Source: Hamiltosporidium tvaerminnensis FI-OER-3-3
Taxonomy: Eukaryota > Fungi > Microsporidia
Reading direction: 5' to 3'
Length of the DNA stretch: 64,000 bases
Assembly (NCBI GenBank): GCA_022605425.2
Contig: JAKIMF020000004.1
Location: 868,001 to 932,000, forward strand
A program made the translations under genes and the position numbers. The notes beneath the pieces are model-generated. The model ran no database searches. It saw only the letters and a list, made by a program, of their open reading frames with translations, and was not told the origin of the DNA. Positions 15,267-28,608 of the stretch are shown here, in pieces. The first letter of the stretch is position 1, and every line of letters starts with the position of its first letter.

Positions 15267-16590
15267 TTATATAAAAATAAAATGTAATAAATTTAATTTA
15301 AAAGTCGGTTTATTAATTAAAAATGAAACTCATTTAAATTTTTTATTTCCCAAATGCTAGAACAATGGCATTTTACTAATTATTCATAAAAGAGAAGATT
15401 TCATTCTAAACATTAAAATTTAGGACAAAAAATGAAAAATAATAAGAATATTTTTTGAATTCAGAAATAAAAAATAAAATAATTCAATTCAAGTATTGAT
15501 TCATTCAAGAATATAAAAACCTAGATAATCCTATCTTATCTCATTTACCTTAATCGGAACATAAAGCCAGTTATGTTTTTTTGAAAAAAACAGGAGCTTT
15601 AAAGGATGCAAAAGCAAAATTGACCGCCGAAAAATAACAATAAATCAAATTTAAGATTCAAAAATTGGTTTTAAAAAGTGCAGAATTTAAAATAATATGA
15701 AGCAAATTAAATTATACAGACTTAAGAAAATTTATGTAAACCAAAATTTATAAGTCTAAAACCATAACATGAAAAATGTATTTGAAAGCGAAAAAGGTAA
15801 TAAAATATTTTTTTTACTATAAATCAAAAATTTCACTTATATTTTAAAACATATTTATATATTTTTCAGGAAATTACATTTAAAGAAAAATAAAAATTAT
15901 AGTAAATACATTTATATAAGCTGATATCATAAACTATACTCAAAAAATTCTTTTATTTAAAATGATTGCATTTTTTTGAATAAATCTTTCAATTACAAGT
16001 TTGTTTGTTATTAATGAAATATCCTGAAAAATAGAATATTTCTTTGCAAATTTTGATTTAGAAATAAATTATAAGCTATAAAGTTAAAAAATATTTTCAT
16101 ACATATAGTGTTATAGTAGTTTTATGAAGCGTATTTAAGAGAAAAGTATATTTTTTTGTCTCATTTTAGTCTAATAGAGTATAAGTGATGAATTTTTTTT
16201 AAGTATTTATTTATTGTTATTGTAAAATATTATAATAGTTTGCTTTTCCCCAAGTTTTTTAAATTTGCTGTTATAGGAATTACAATCAATCAAACAAAGA
16301 AGTACATTATTTCAAGTGATTCAAATAGAAATTTAAAAAATGTAATTTAAATGTTTTGAAAAGTATCTAGATTCGTATTTAAAATATATTAATTTAATAT
16401 ATTATAAATTAAATAGAAATTTAAACAAGATTTTTAGATTAATATTCAATTTCGTTATATAAAATAAATTTAATATGGCAATTTATATGATTTTTTTAAT
16501 TTAATTAAAAAAATATTAGTTCATTATAAATTTTAGACAAAGGTTAATTTATCAAACCAAAAATATATATTAGAAATAGAATTAAAATTG

Positions 16591-17934
16591 ATGAATATAC
16601 AAATATCTATGGTCATATACACATTATTTTATTCATTTTTTGAATTAATTATCGGAGGAGCCTCATCGAAGCTAGTAACAAAACAAAAAGAAGAAATTAT
16701 TTTTCCTTTTAAAGAAAAAATATCATTTTTTGAAAATTATATTTACAAAACTCTTGAAAAAATTCATCCTGGATATTCGGATAACAAATTTTCGAATTTT
16801 TATTATATTGAATTGCTTAACAATACAGAAGAATTTGGATTTCAAAATTTTTTTGATGTACTTGCGGGTACAACTTCTGAACATATGTATATTGGACATT
16901 TTATTATTGACTGGCCTTCAGATAAAAGTATATCTTATACTAAAATAATCAAAAATTGTATGAAAATGTTGAATAATTTGATAGATTTAACAATGAAGAA
17001 AAATAATCTTAAAGGTAATGTTGAATCAAGTAAATTCACGGTATATGACAATTCTGAAAATCCTTATAAATACATATATGCATCTGTTGATAATTCGGAT
17101 TGGAATCCTGATAAATCTAAAATATTAGGAAATATTTTAAATAAGTCATTGTCTCTTGCATCGGAATCGAGTAAGAAAAAACGAAAGGCAATTACATTTG
17201 TTACAAAAGAATTGTTTTCAAAATTAGATATATTATGGTTCAGTAAAAAAATCTTTGAAATAATAAAATCAATAGATACTAACTTAACATCACCTATATT
17301 CTACTTAGATCGAAATATTAACGAACAAGTAAATGATATAAAGTTCAAACGTACAATAAATATGTCGCTAACAAAAACCTTATTACGATTTTCTTATCAT
17401 AAAATTGTTCAATCCAAGAATCTTACCTATAAAAAACTTTCTTTACAACATGAAAACCATTTTATATACGAAGAACTTATTTTAAAATGTGAAAAGCTTA
17501 TGTATGAACCCAGTTCAGACGTAAACTTAGCAATTTTTGAACCTCAGTCAATTATACATTTCGAATCTATGCATCCTAGATTATATGATCTAAACAATTC
17601 AAGTCCAGTTGAAAAGGATATTTTTCTTAATATAATCGGATTGTTTTATCTAGAATATAATTTCAAAGGAATATATTTTGATAAAATTAAGAATACATGT
17701 GGTTTAGATCTCAAACAAAATCTTTTTGTAATATCTATGGAATTCGCTGGACAAATCAAAGAATTCAAACCTTTCAACTATTTTTTTATTATCGATACTA
17801 CTGGTAAAATAGTACAGAGTTTCCGGGATGATATTGGTTGTATTCACTTGCTTGAGAATTTTTCAGATGTTTTTACCGAAACTGATGCAAAAATTGCAAA
17901 TCGTTTTAATGAATTGGAATTCAATTATAAATAA
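16591..17934 (+). CDS. Hypothetical 447-aa protein with signal-peptide-like N-terminus
   Basis: Long ORF in very AT-rich DNA. Hydrophobic N-terminus (MNIQISMVIYTLFYSFFELIIGGA). ATG at 16591, stop overlaps AATAAA. No family recognised. Confidence 0.8.
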   Translation: MNIQISMVIYTLFYSFFELIIGGASSKLVTKQKEEIIFPFKEKISFFENYIYKTLEKIHPGYSDNKFSNFYYIELLNNTEEFGFQNFFDVLAGTTSEHMYIGHFIIDWPSDKSISYTKIIKNCMKMLNNLIDLTMKKNNLKGNVESSKFTVYDNSENPYKYIYASVDNSDWNPDKSKILGNILNKSLSLASESSKKKRKAITFVTKELFSKLDILWFSKKIFEIIKSIDTNLTSPIFYLDRNINEQVNDIKFKRTINMSLTKTLLRFSYHKIVQSKNLTYKKLSLQHENHFIYEELILKCEKLMYEPSSDVNLAIFEPQSIIHFESMHPRLYDLNNSSPVEKDIFLNIIGLFYLEYNFKGIYFDKIKNTCGLDLKQNLFVISMEFAGQIKEFKPFNYFFIIDTTGKIVQSFRDDIGCIHLLENFSDVFTETDAKIANRFNELEFNYK

Positions 17935-18139
17935 ACATAATTTATTCTCGAAATAATATTATAAAATTAATTAAATATTAATACAAACCAAAACGAGAGA
18001 TATATTTTATTCATTTAAAAGTTAAAAACGAAGTATTCTTTAAAATTTCATATTTATAATGAACAACACTCAAACATCGACTTGCATTTTTAAAAAGCCA
18101 AGCTCAATTTGTATTAAATCTAGTTACCTTTTACGACAT

Positions 18140-18358
18140 TACTTATTTACTTATTCCATTCCTCTTCTACCTTTCGATGTCGAGGATGACCAAATAGAAT
18201 ATTCCTATTTGTTTCTTAATATTTCTTTTAAATCGGAATTAAAGGGATTCACCTATGCATCCACCGTGTTTTATATCTCACAAAAATGCCAAAAATTAAT
18301 TTCACACCAATTATACGTGCTCATTGCCAACCAGATAGTGTTTAATGTGAGTATCTTC
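18140..18358 (-). mobile_element. Repeat family A copy
   Basis: Reverse complement has the head (CACATTAAACAC..TTGGCAATGAG) and tail CCTCGACATCGAAAGGTAGAAGAGGAATGGAATAAGTAAATAAGT. Confidence 0.8.
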
Positions 18359-21300
18359 TTAAGGAATTAAGAAATATTATAAAATGGAATAATAATCATG
18401 TCTAAAAAGGTTTGTATTTATCGCCAAATTATAATAAAATAAGATTTAAATTGTGCCTTGTAACAAGTGCATTTCAGTTTGAACTTTAACAGGTAATGTT
18501 TTTTTTTCGGGTCATTTTCTATGCTATAAAAAGTCATCCTATTTTTAAAGTTCTCTTATCTATATAGAAATTATTTATGAGAATAAAAATGTTAAATATA
18601 AAATCTTGCGCTACAAATTTGTGTGCAATATACCGCACAATCTGCTAATTAGGATTTCTTATTTGTAAAAATTTGCGGAATTAACTTTTATTTTCCAAAG
18701 CTTACATTAAATATTTTAATAAATGAAATTCTTTTATTTATATGTATAAAGTTTATAGTTTTACTTAAAGAAATATTATATAAAAGCTAAGCATAAGGTT
18801 TTATGATTTAAATTTTAGATTAACAACTTCTTTACCATTTTTTTTACATATTTACTAAAATTAAACTTTAAATTTATAACTTATATTTCTTCTATACATG
18901 TAATGGTACAAATATATATTATTAAAACATTCAAATCAAACATTCTCATATAGAAATGGACTTTAAGTGTATTTAAGACGTATATTTAAAAATATAGGCA
19001 ATCTCGTTGATAGAATTTATCTTGCTAAGTAAAAAAATTGCAAATTCTTTTAAATCAATGAAAATGCATTCGAAAATAAAGGTTTTGAAATTTTTTTAAA
19101 TATATCATTTAAGCGCCTACATAGAAAAATTAAAGCAGCCAAAATTTTTAAAGCGCAGTAATATGATAAAATTAATTTAAAATTTTGTTTAAGTAGGAAG
19201 AAAATGCAAATTAACTAACATATTTGTGTATTAGGTATGAGGCTAACATAAAAAAATAGTTTAGAGATCAAATATATAAATGGTATTTCTAAAATTACTA
19301 TTTAAATTCTTTCAGAAAAGAAAGTTAAAATTTAGGAGACAAAAGATATGATTCAAAAATCACGAAAAGAGCTTTTAAAATAAATGCTTTTCTGTAATAA
19401 GCATACGCATGAGACATGATTTTGAAATTGAAATGGCATTGCAAATAAATAGGAATCTACAGATATTTCGAAAAATTGCAAAGGTTTGCCCCAAGAACGA
19501 AATTTCACAATTTAAGCCAAGTATTTAAAAGCCGAGATAAAATTTGAAGAAACTACCAGTTTAAATAATAATATAATTATTGCATCTTTATTAAATTGAT
19601 CTGGAGATATTCTAAATATCTCGAATCTTCGCTATTTATTGCACCTAAATAAGCGATATTTTAGCAGGATTGGTTTTTATTGATGAATATTAGCTAGGTT
19701 TTCTTTTTGATCCGAATAATATACTTTCTGTGAATTCTGTTTAATTAAATTAGTTTGAGAATAAATTTTTATAAATATCAGGTTTAATAAAAATAACAAT
19801 AAGATTTAAACTTATGCACAAATTTTTGTTGATAGAGAAAAATATTTTGTACAACTTAGAAAGTAGCTATACCTTGAATTATGTAAATACCTTACTCTAC
19901 TCAATCATATTTATAATCATCTTCTTATGCATCATTCAGAGATAAGCAGTATTTAGCAAAAAAATAAAACTTCTTCATAAGAAACAATTCAAATAAGCAA
20001 TTTAATAGAGAGACTCTAAATCCCAAATTAGTTTCATAGTTTTTTAAAGCTTATTATGGCTGCAAAAAAATTGTTTCGAAGAAGGAATACCGACCGTACG
20101 GGAAAATTTTAAATCATTTTAAGAGCTTGAACAAATCGAAGTTAGTAAACCAACATAATCAAAGATGTTTTGCAAATTCATGTTTTAATTTTCGATTTAA
20201 TATAGTTTTCTTGGGCAGATATTATCTCTTGAAAAACTTATTTATAAATATTCGCAATGAATATTTAACAAATTTGTTCAAATTCATGATTAATTTTATT
20301 TTGTATCAAAATTTTCTTTATGAATCATTCACCAACAAATGAAGAAAAAATTACTAGAAGCGAATTTTGAAGTTTAAATTAAAGATTTCAAATATTTTTC
20401 AATTGAATATTCCATATGCAAATTAATTGTATAGGTATATATTTAGAAAAAACAGATTCATATAAACGATAGTAATTATTTTACTATTACAATAGAGTTG
20501 TAAGTCTAATATTCGCAGAAATAATATAATTGAAATACGTTGTATATTTTATTGAAAATATAAATATTAGAATAACAATTGTGTATATTTAATAAAAAAT
20601 TCGTAATTAGAACACTAGATGCATATTTAAGCGGTTTTTACGAAAAAAAGTTTTTTTAACTTATTTTTGCAGATTATATTTCAAAATATGCAAGAGAAAA
20701 GAGGACAAGATGGAGTTGCTTAAAATAATATTTAGAGTCGATTAACTTTTTACTAAATATACTTCATTTTTTTAAAAAGTATGATATCCGAAATCAGATT
20801 CATGAATGAATGCTGTCATGGTTTAGATAGATAGCTGCTTCTCTTTTAATACCTCATCTATCGCCTCTGTGATATCAATAACGCGAATATTTTTATATTT
20901 AAAGGTCCAAAAAAGATTCAATCATAGAGAAGATTGACGATGGCTTGTTTGTGTTCGTTTCCTGGTGTTTGATTGTAGATATAAGCTCATCTTGGGTGAT
21001 TCTGGAAACAGTAGAGTTTGTACGCATTTTATAATTTGCGAATTGAATAGAATCGCAGCCAGGATATATTGGAAGCTTAAACGAGGTCAACCTAGACTTT
21101 TAAATGCATACCATTAGATATAACCTGCTATTAATCCTCTTAATTTTTTAAGAGCAGGTTTTTTATGTTTCAGGCACATATTCATCGTTATAGCTTTAAA
21201 AAGCTAGCTTCCTATTCTTTTACATGGAAACCATTCACAAAATTAATCAAATTTTTACTCTAATTTATATAAAATTGTTGAAACGGGCATCATGAAGCTA

Positions 21301-24300
21301 TACAATTGGTTCAAATATAACCCAATTACTTCATGAGATTTTCTACTCAGAATTATCTAACATTGATGAGACATGATAATCAATGATAAGTTATACTATT
21401 GGTCACGTATAAATATAAATATACGTAGGTTTTAAATAAAGAAATATTTTCATGATAATATGTCATTTCATATGAAAGAAACTAGCGTTAGGGAGGACAA
21501 TCTAAGCCGAAACCACAAAAAAAGTGTTTAGAAATTTTTTTCATCCTTTTAGACCATTTCATTTCTATGGACATTTCCACGGAGAAATAGCGAATTCGAA
21601 TGGGTTTCATCCCAATAAATATTCAAACACTTATTTTGCCGCCTGCTTCACTCAATCATCGCGAATAAGAAGAATTATATTATAGATATCTTTTCACGGC
21701 CTAATATGAGGCTATCTAAGTTTAAGCAAGTATTTTACAATCATATAATTTCTTTAGCTGGTTTTCGTGTTGATTTATATAAAAAGTTATATTTTTGACG
21801 GTATAAATTTTTTAGATTTAATTAACTAGAATATTACAAGTATACAACCAGAGCCTACATATATTAAATACGTAAGTAATTGAAAGCATATATGCTACAT
21901 ATTAGTTAAAAAGACTTTTGAGTTGCATCTGAATTCACATATAAATAATAAAACTTAGTCAGCCAATGATCAATTCAATACTAAAGAAGTAACATTCAAT
22001 GAAAATAGCCTGATTACTTTAAAATAATTATAACTATATATATTTCGATTGTATTGGCTTGAGAAGCTGCAACCAAAATGTTGTATTTTGACAAGTATAT
22101 GCAGAGAACTTTACCTCAGCAGACAAGATAGCCTAATGGTATAATTTTATAACTAAAAAATGAGGCGCTTAAATATTTTTCATTTTTGTGAAGAAGGATT
22201 GAATAAGTCTTGTGATGTTATAAAGTATTTAAAGTATTTGTATAACTGGTTAAATCATAAATACATCTGAGATTCAGACCAGCTTTAAATTTTTAGTAGC
22301 TGTCAACTCCATTCGCAAAAGGTTTGAGGCTATATTGATAATTTTATAAGATACGCACGAAATCTTGCAAGTAAACAAGTAAAGAGTCTTTAGCTATATT
22401 TTATAAAAGGAGGGATTATGTTTGGGTTTTTATTACAGAAAAGAAATCATATTTAGATTCGCGGAAGTAATATGCAATCTAATAATATAATCTGTCATAA
22501 ATTTAAAAAGAAAGATTAGAATATCTACTATATATACGTTTTTGATTTATCAATGCAATTAAAAGTCGGATTGAATTAACGTTGTAATGTAAGATGAATT
22601 CAATGCCGATTAAACCCGTGAAATTATGGCGGTGAAAACGCTTAAATTTAAAAGATTCTAATGTAAAGAAGAAGCCTGACGAAACAATTATCCAAAGAAT
22701 AAAGCAAATTCAGAATTAAATATGGTTTTTTGATGTAAATAAGTCAATTCAGAGTTCAAATATTCAATAAAATAAAAGTCTTGTAAACAGATTCATCTAA
22801 AGATTAAAGAAACCATGTTAATTCTATGAATAAAGAATTGTGTTAATGTTCTCATAATCAAATAGAATATGAAAATGGAATGTTGAGAATGAAATTTTTC
22901 AGTTCTAATCTCGGATCAAAAAAATGAAATGGACGGATTTAATGAAAATTATATTTGGAAACACGTTGCAATAAAATAATGATATGAAATTATATTAAAT
23001 ACAAAAAACAGATTAATTCTATATGCTATAAATTTTCTTCAAAAATTTTCTTAAAAAAGTATGAGCTATGAGGATTAAAAAAAACTTTATTTCTAGGAAT
23101 AATTTTGTTTTTAAAGATTAATGTTTTTTTATCTCAAATAAATTTACGCAATAATTGAAGTTTTTTTCTGGTATTTGAACTTTTCTCATTTTTTTCTCAA
23201 AATGAAAAAAATGCAAATCAAAATAAACCATAAAAACATTGAAGTATATATTTGGATATTGAACCCACTTTATTATTAGAAGCAGAATGTTGATATGAAA
23301 GATTTCAAGTTCATTATAACTTACAATAATAGTTATTTTCTGCATATGCTAATCTAGAATAAAGCAAATAAATAAGATCGTTGGTCTTTGTTTGAATAAC
23401 TTACATTTATTTTATAGCTTTTAATACAAATATATTTCAATAGGAATAAAAAAACACAAAAAAAAGCAAGGAACGTCTCATGTATTTTGTTAAAATTGAT
23501 CCAAATAACGAATGAATCATTTATTTTTCATTTTAGGTTGAAATGAATATCAAAAAAGGCCAGTACAATCAATGATGTAGTTGTAACAAGCTTTTTACCC
23601 CAATAATTCCTACAGTGATTTTTTATATTTTAATATCTATAAAAAAGTAGAAATTGTGGTATTAATGTATATATATCTTTGAATTTGATATATTTAATTA
23701 AACAATTTTAAAAAACCAAAACAAGCCGCAGATTTATTAAAAAAATCATTTTTGAAAGGCTTGAAATATTCTTAAATCCCTTTTTTGCTAAGAATTAATT
23801 CAAACATAATCAGGAAAATTATTCCTTTTGAACTAACGAAAAACTAATTTATTCTAAGTTATCTATGAACTATGGATATTTTACTTTAAAGATATGGTTA
23901 AATAGAATACATAATATATAAATCTTTATACAATGACCTATTCAGCTGTTACTATAAAGAAAATAAATCAAGGAGGCATTCAAAAACTGTATTTGTAATA
24001 AAAATATACGTGCAACACCACGAAATGAATTTGAATCAATCTGACTCAATGTAAAACGGAAATTTTTTAAACCAATCATGTAGGTAAAAGCATTGCAGCT
24101 TTTCAAACTTTACCTGCCCCAATATTATATTCAAAGCTTCTATGCAAACGAACTTTAATGAAAAGACTCCTTCATTCAAAGACGTAGCACGTTATTAAAT
24201 GACAATATGCATTTCGGAAATATTTATTATTTTTTAACATTTCAAATTTATAATTAATGGTTAATTCTTTGTAAAATACAAAGATTAAATGTTTTTTTTG

Positions 24301-24519
24301 TTCATTTTGTTTCATTCTAAATTAAAAATTAATTAAATTAATATAAAAAAATATTTTTTGCTTTTTGAGAAATTCTAGAATATTTTAGTTAAGAATATTA
24401 CAAAAATTCAAAGTACCTAAATTGTTTGAATTTTTGCATTAAAAATATCATCTATAAAAAATAATAACAAATTTTGAATTTTTTGCAATATATTTTACAA
24501 TTTATCAATGGATATATAT

Positions 24520-25222
24520 AATCGGGAAGAATACGTACTAAAAACTATCCTTCTTGACATGATTAAATAAAAATAGCAAAAATCATTGTATGAATTTTCG
24601 AAAAACCTAAAATAACTTCACATTTTAGGTTGTTCTATGAAAATTTGTATAAGCTGGCAAAATATAAAAAAAGGACAATTTATCTGCAGACTTAGTTGGC
24701 CCCTAGAATTTATATACTATTTTATAAACCATGGCTGATCTTATAAACAATAAATATGCAAAAGAATTTAAACTTGACTTTCTTCAGACAAGGTAGAAAT
24801 CTATAGACCTGGGAATACAAAAAAAAGTATACTCAATGAAACAATAGGAAACCTAAAGGGAAACATAAATTTGTTGGAGGTTATTGCAAGCCTATGTGAA
24901 AACTTTTTTACGTAAGTCGCAGAGATATATTATAGCAGGAGTATATTTGGATCGGAAAGTATGGGTAAGCGAAAAAGCGGCTGGCCTTTGTGAGTTTAAT
25001 GTAGGCTTCTAACTCACACACTTCATAAAACAAATATTCTCTAAATATTGGCAAATCTGTCTATTAAACCGTTTGTCAACCTTTTGCATGCCAAACTTAA
25101 GATGTAGGTATTTTAGGATGACTGACAGGGTATTGGTGAGAATTTATCTATTTTAAACCTAGTCAGCGTTAATGCCACGAAAACAGTATAATATATGCCC
25201 CTTTTTAGAAAAGACGTGGTAT
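24520..25222 (+). mobile_element. Repeat family B, old diverged copy
   Basis: Retains blocks AAATCATTGT, GGTTGTTCTATG, GAGATATATTATAGC..TCGGAAAGT, GCGTTAATGCCACGAAAAC and AAAAGACGTGGTAT in family-B order and spacing. Confidence 0.6.
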
Positions 25223-26593
25223 CAATTTAAAGAAGTATTAATAGACATGTAGAAAAAGAATAAATAAATCAATTTTATTAGTCGCAAACTAAAATCGTCA
25301 ATAACTGGCCCGCAGGATATTATAGAAAGTTTTCATTAAATATAATGCACAAACAAATAATTTTCAAATATTTTTTTAAAAGGACAAATACATAATCCAC
25401 AAATTTTTTACAATTTTTGACTCAAATTTAATCGAAGAAATTATTTTTAGCCAACATTTTGGTTTGCTTAATTCTAAAACTTTCTATATTGTATTTTGGC
25501 CTTCGGATTTATTCGAAAAGTTTCTTATATTTTTCTTCATTGGATTGAATTCGTTTTTATTCTTTTTAAATTTAAACCTTAATAGTTACAATGTATTTAC
25601 TTGAAATATTTTTTTCTTTATAGTGGTAAAAATTCTTTATCTGAAGTGTGGCTATGAATCATTTATCCTATCATTGTACTTAGTACTAAAATTACTATTT
25701 TTGCTGATCTAGATTCTATTTTATTTCTGAATGACAAAGAATTGTTTCAACTGATTTTTTTTAGTATAGCCAACTGTATATATGGTTCGGATGTAGTATT
25801 ATTTGAACCATTTTAGGCTAAATCGTATCAAATTTGGGAATTTAATATTGGTTAAGCCATAAGAAACTATTGCAAAATTATACATTAAAATAAAATTCGA
25901 ATAATTCGCCAAAAAGTCTCAATTTTTAAGCTTCTAAATTTTAAAAATTTAAAGAAAGCTTGAGAAGAAGTGATCACTTTTCCAGTTAGTGTTATCGCCT
26001 TAACTTTTTTCTTAAAGATAAATCAGAAATATTATTCTTAATTTTAAAAATTGTTTTTTTAGTTTTCCAATTTTCGTTCTGAATATTCATTTTGCATCAT
26101 ATATTGAACTGAGTGACTCCTGATTCGTTTTTAAGATTTGAATCTATATTTTTTTCCAAAACATAGATATAGAGATAGAATTACATCATTAGATCTTACC
26201 TTGATTTAGCCAAAATCATATTTCTTTGATAATTACAATGTATTCGCGAATGAAAAGATTTAAAAATGGTTCTAATTAACTCTTCCGTTAATTATGATGC
26301 ATTTATATTTGATACATTGTTTAAACTCAAAAGACCTACTTTAAAATATTTCTTTATAAAAAATACACAATATTTACTAAAAAATATCTTTTTATTCAAA
26401 ATCTCAGGTTAAGATTTAATTATAAGTTTATATTTCGCTTTATATACTCATATATGATAATTTCTAATACCTTTTGTAATGTTTCATGAATTTGAAAGCT
26501 TAAGAATGTTAAATATTTCCCATATCGTTTACAAATGCAAAAGTATAGTTTAATGCATTTAAAAATATAAATATTTTCCGATGAAAAAAATGC

Positions 26594-28027
26594 ATGAATG
26601 TTACCTGTAAAGATGATACTTTCGCTCAAAACAGTAAAAATATTTTAGAAAAAATCATAAAATGGAACATTTTTATATTTGAAAACACCATCAATGAAAT
26701 AAAAAAAGCCCAGAAAATAGATAGAATATATTTTTTGAATATAGATAGATATTTCCTGAAATTATGTAATTTATCCCCGGAATTTTCTAATAATTTGATT
26801 AAAAACTATAAAGAAGCTTCACATTTAATCAAAAATCAAATTTTTATTTCAATTAAAAACCAAATATACCCGCTGAATCTACATTTAGATTTTTTAATTG
26901 ATTTATCTGAATTCTTTAAAATAAGATTAATTCCACATAATTTACCATATTTGATATGTCTTAAAAATATTAGAAATTTCTACTTTTTAGCTAAAAATGC
27001 TTCAAACATTAGGAATAATAAAGAAATTTATGGTTTCAAGGCTAGAATAATATCATTTGATCAGATAAAAAGTATTCATAGTAGAATATTCAAATGTTCA
27101 AATTTAAAGTATAAATGTGACAGTTACTGTATAAAAATAAAAAATGATTTATACGTAAGTATAAATAATAGAATTAAGAAAATCTCTAATGATGAAAATA
27201 TTGTTTGTTCTCTCTGCAAATCTAAATTTCAAGAAGACCATGCATGGGTTAGTTATAAAGAAAAATATTTCTATTATTTGATAAACGATAATTTAATTAT
27301 CAAAGGTTTTTCTACATTTAAATTACAAGAAAACTTTTACTATATTTTTGGATTAATTTCTCGAAAGTATAATGGCTATCCGTTTTTGAATATTTTAAAT
27401 TTTCACTGTATTTCTTCTACTGAAATCAACGAAAGAATCAGATCAAATGATCTCTTTGAAGAATTATCAAAAAGAGTATTTAAAAACGTTTCATGGTTCG
27501 AAAATGCAAAAAAATTAATGTTAATATTAGGTTTCTTTAATTTTAAATCTTCTAAGATTATTATATACTGTGATGATATTCTTTCAATGGAAAGACTCTG
27601 TAAAATGGTTTTTTCATTTTTTAAATGGAAAATTCCAGTTATTTTTGAAATAAAAAATGCATTCAATGACAGTTCATTCGTTATCTTACAGAAATATAAA
27701 AAGAAAAGAAATAAATTGTTAAATTTCGATTCGTTTTACATTCCAAATAAAAAAATAATATTTGATTACTCATATGAAAAAAACGATATTAGAAGAGTAT
27801 TTCTAAAAACATTTAATTCTAACTTCGGGGATCTTCTGGAAGAAAACCAAGATATATTTCTTAGATTACGAAGACATTTCAAAAATAAGGTTAAACCTTC
27901 TAAAATTCTAGAACTTATGAATGACCTTCTTATATCCCTACAATTCTTATCTCAAAAGGAAATAATCAAAAAAGAAGAGTTAATTTTAATTGGAGATCTT
28001 ATTGAAGATACATTCTTGCCGAATTAA
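26594..28027 (+). CDS. Divergent MCM-family protein without ATPase motifs, MCMDC2-like
   Basis: MCM N-terminal-like helix block, OB strand and C4 zinc finger (RIFKCSNLKYKC...CSLCKSKFQED) recalling MCMDC2 RFLCSxxxC...CxLCxxxLQED. No Walker A/B seen. CCG at 26578-26580. Confidence 0.62.
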   Translation: MNVTCKDDTFAQNSKNILEKIIKWNIFIFENTINEIKKAQKIDRIYFLNIDRYFLKLCNLSPEFSNNLIKNYKEASHLIKNQIFISIKNQIYPLNLHLDFLIDLSEFFKIRLIPHNLPYLICLKNIRNFYFLAKNASNIRNNKEIYGFKARIISFDQIKSIHSRIFKCSNLKYKCDSYCIKIKNDLYVSINNRIKKISNDENIVCSLCKSKFQEDHAWVSYKEKYFYYLINDNLIIKGFSTFKLQENFYYIFGLISRKYNGYPFLNILNFHCISSTEINERIRSNDLFEELSKRVFKNVSWFENAKKLMLILGFFNFKSSKIIIYCDDILSMERLCKMVFSFFKWKIPVIFEIKNAFNDSSFVILQKYKKKRNKLLNFDSFYIPNKKIIFDYSYEKNDIRRVFLKTFNSNFGDLLEENQDIFLRLRRHFKNKVKPSKILELMNDLLISLQFLSQKEIIKKEELILIGDLIEDTFLPN

Positions 28028-28608
28028 ATCGAACAATACTTAAATATATATAAAATTAAAATCTATAACTTAAATAAACAACGGCATAGACTATATAATA
28101 AGTATTGTCTTTGAATTGAAATTTAAATATAAATTAGTATTTTCTTTAGTAATAATTATACAGAGATAAATATATTACATAGTTTCTTCAATTTATTTTA
28201 ATAACAGATAACCATCTTCATATATATAATAAACCATAGATCTAGCCATGTTTTTTTTTTGAAATAAATCTATAAATTTTTAAATTCTACAGTGTTGATC
28301 AAAAATTTTCTAGAATAAAATCCCAGATATTTACATTTAAATATAAGATGAGAAGAAAATTTAAAGTTTTGTAAAAAAATATTGTATATTTTTTCAGCTT
28401 TAATGTTAAAAATAAATTTAAATTCAATTTTCTCAAATTTATATCTTATAATAGTTTAAAAAAAGTAATATTTCATGATTTAAATTTTATAAAAATTGTC
28501 TTTTTTATGAAAAATATTCTTCAAATCTCAAAATAAATTATCCAGAAGTGAAAATAAACATCTTTTTTAATTAATTATGTAAAATAAATATAAAATGTTA
28601 AATTTTAA

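Noticed and set aside
18059-18370. 103-aa ORF, and similar short ORFs at 43597, 44820-45229, 48644, 49817 and 63680
   Set aside because: They overlap repeat families A/B and the frames are not conserved between copies.
19350-22800. Slightly GC-richer tracts that could be decayed DNA or LTR transposons
   Set aside because: I could not reconstruct any convincing transposase, RT or integrase motif by eye.
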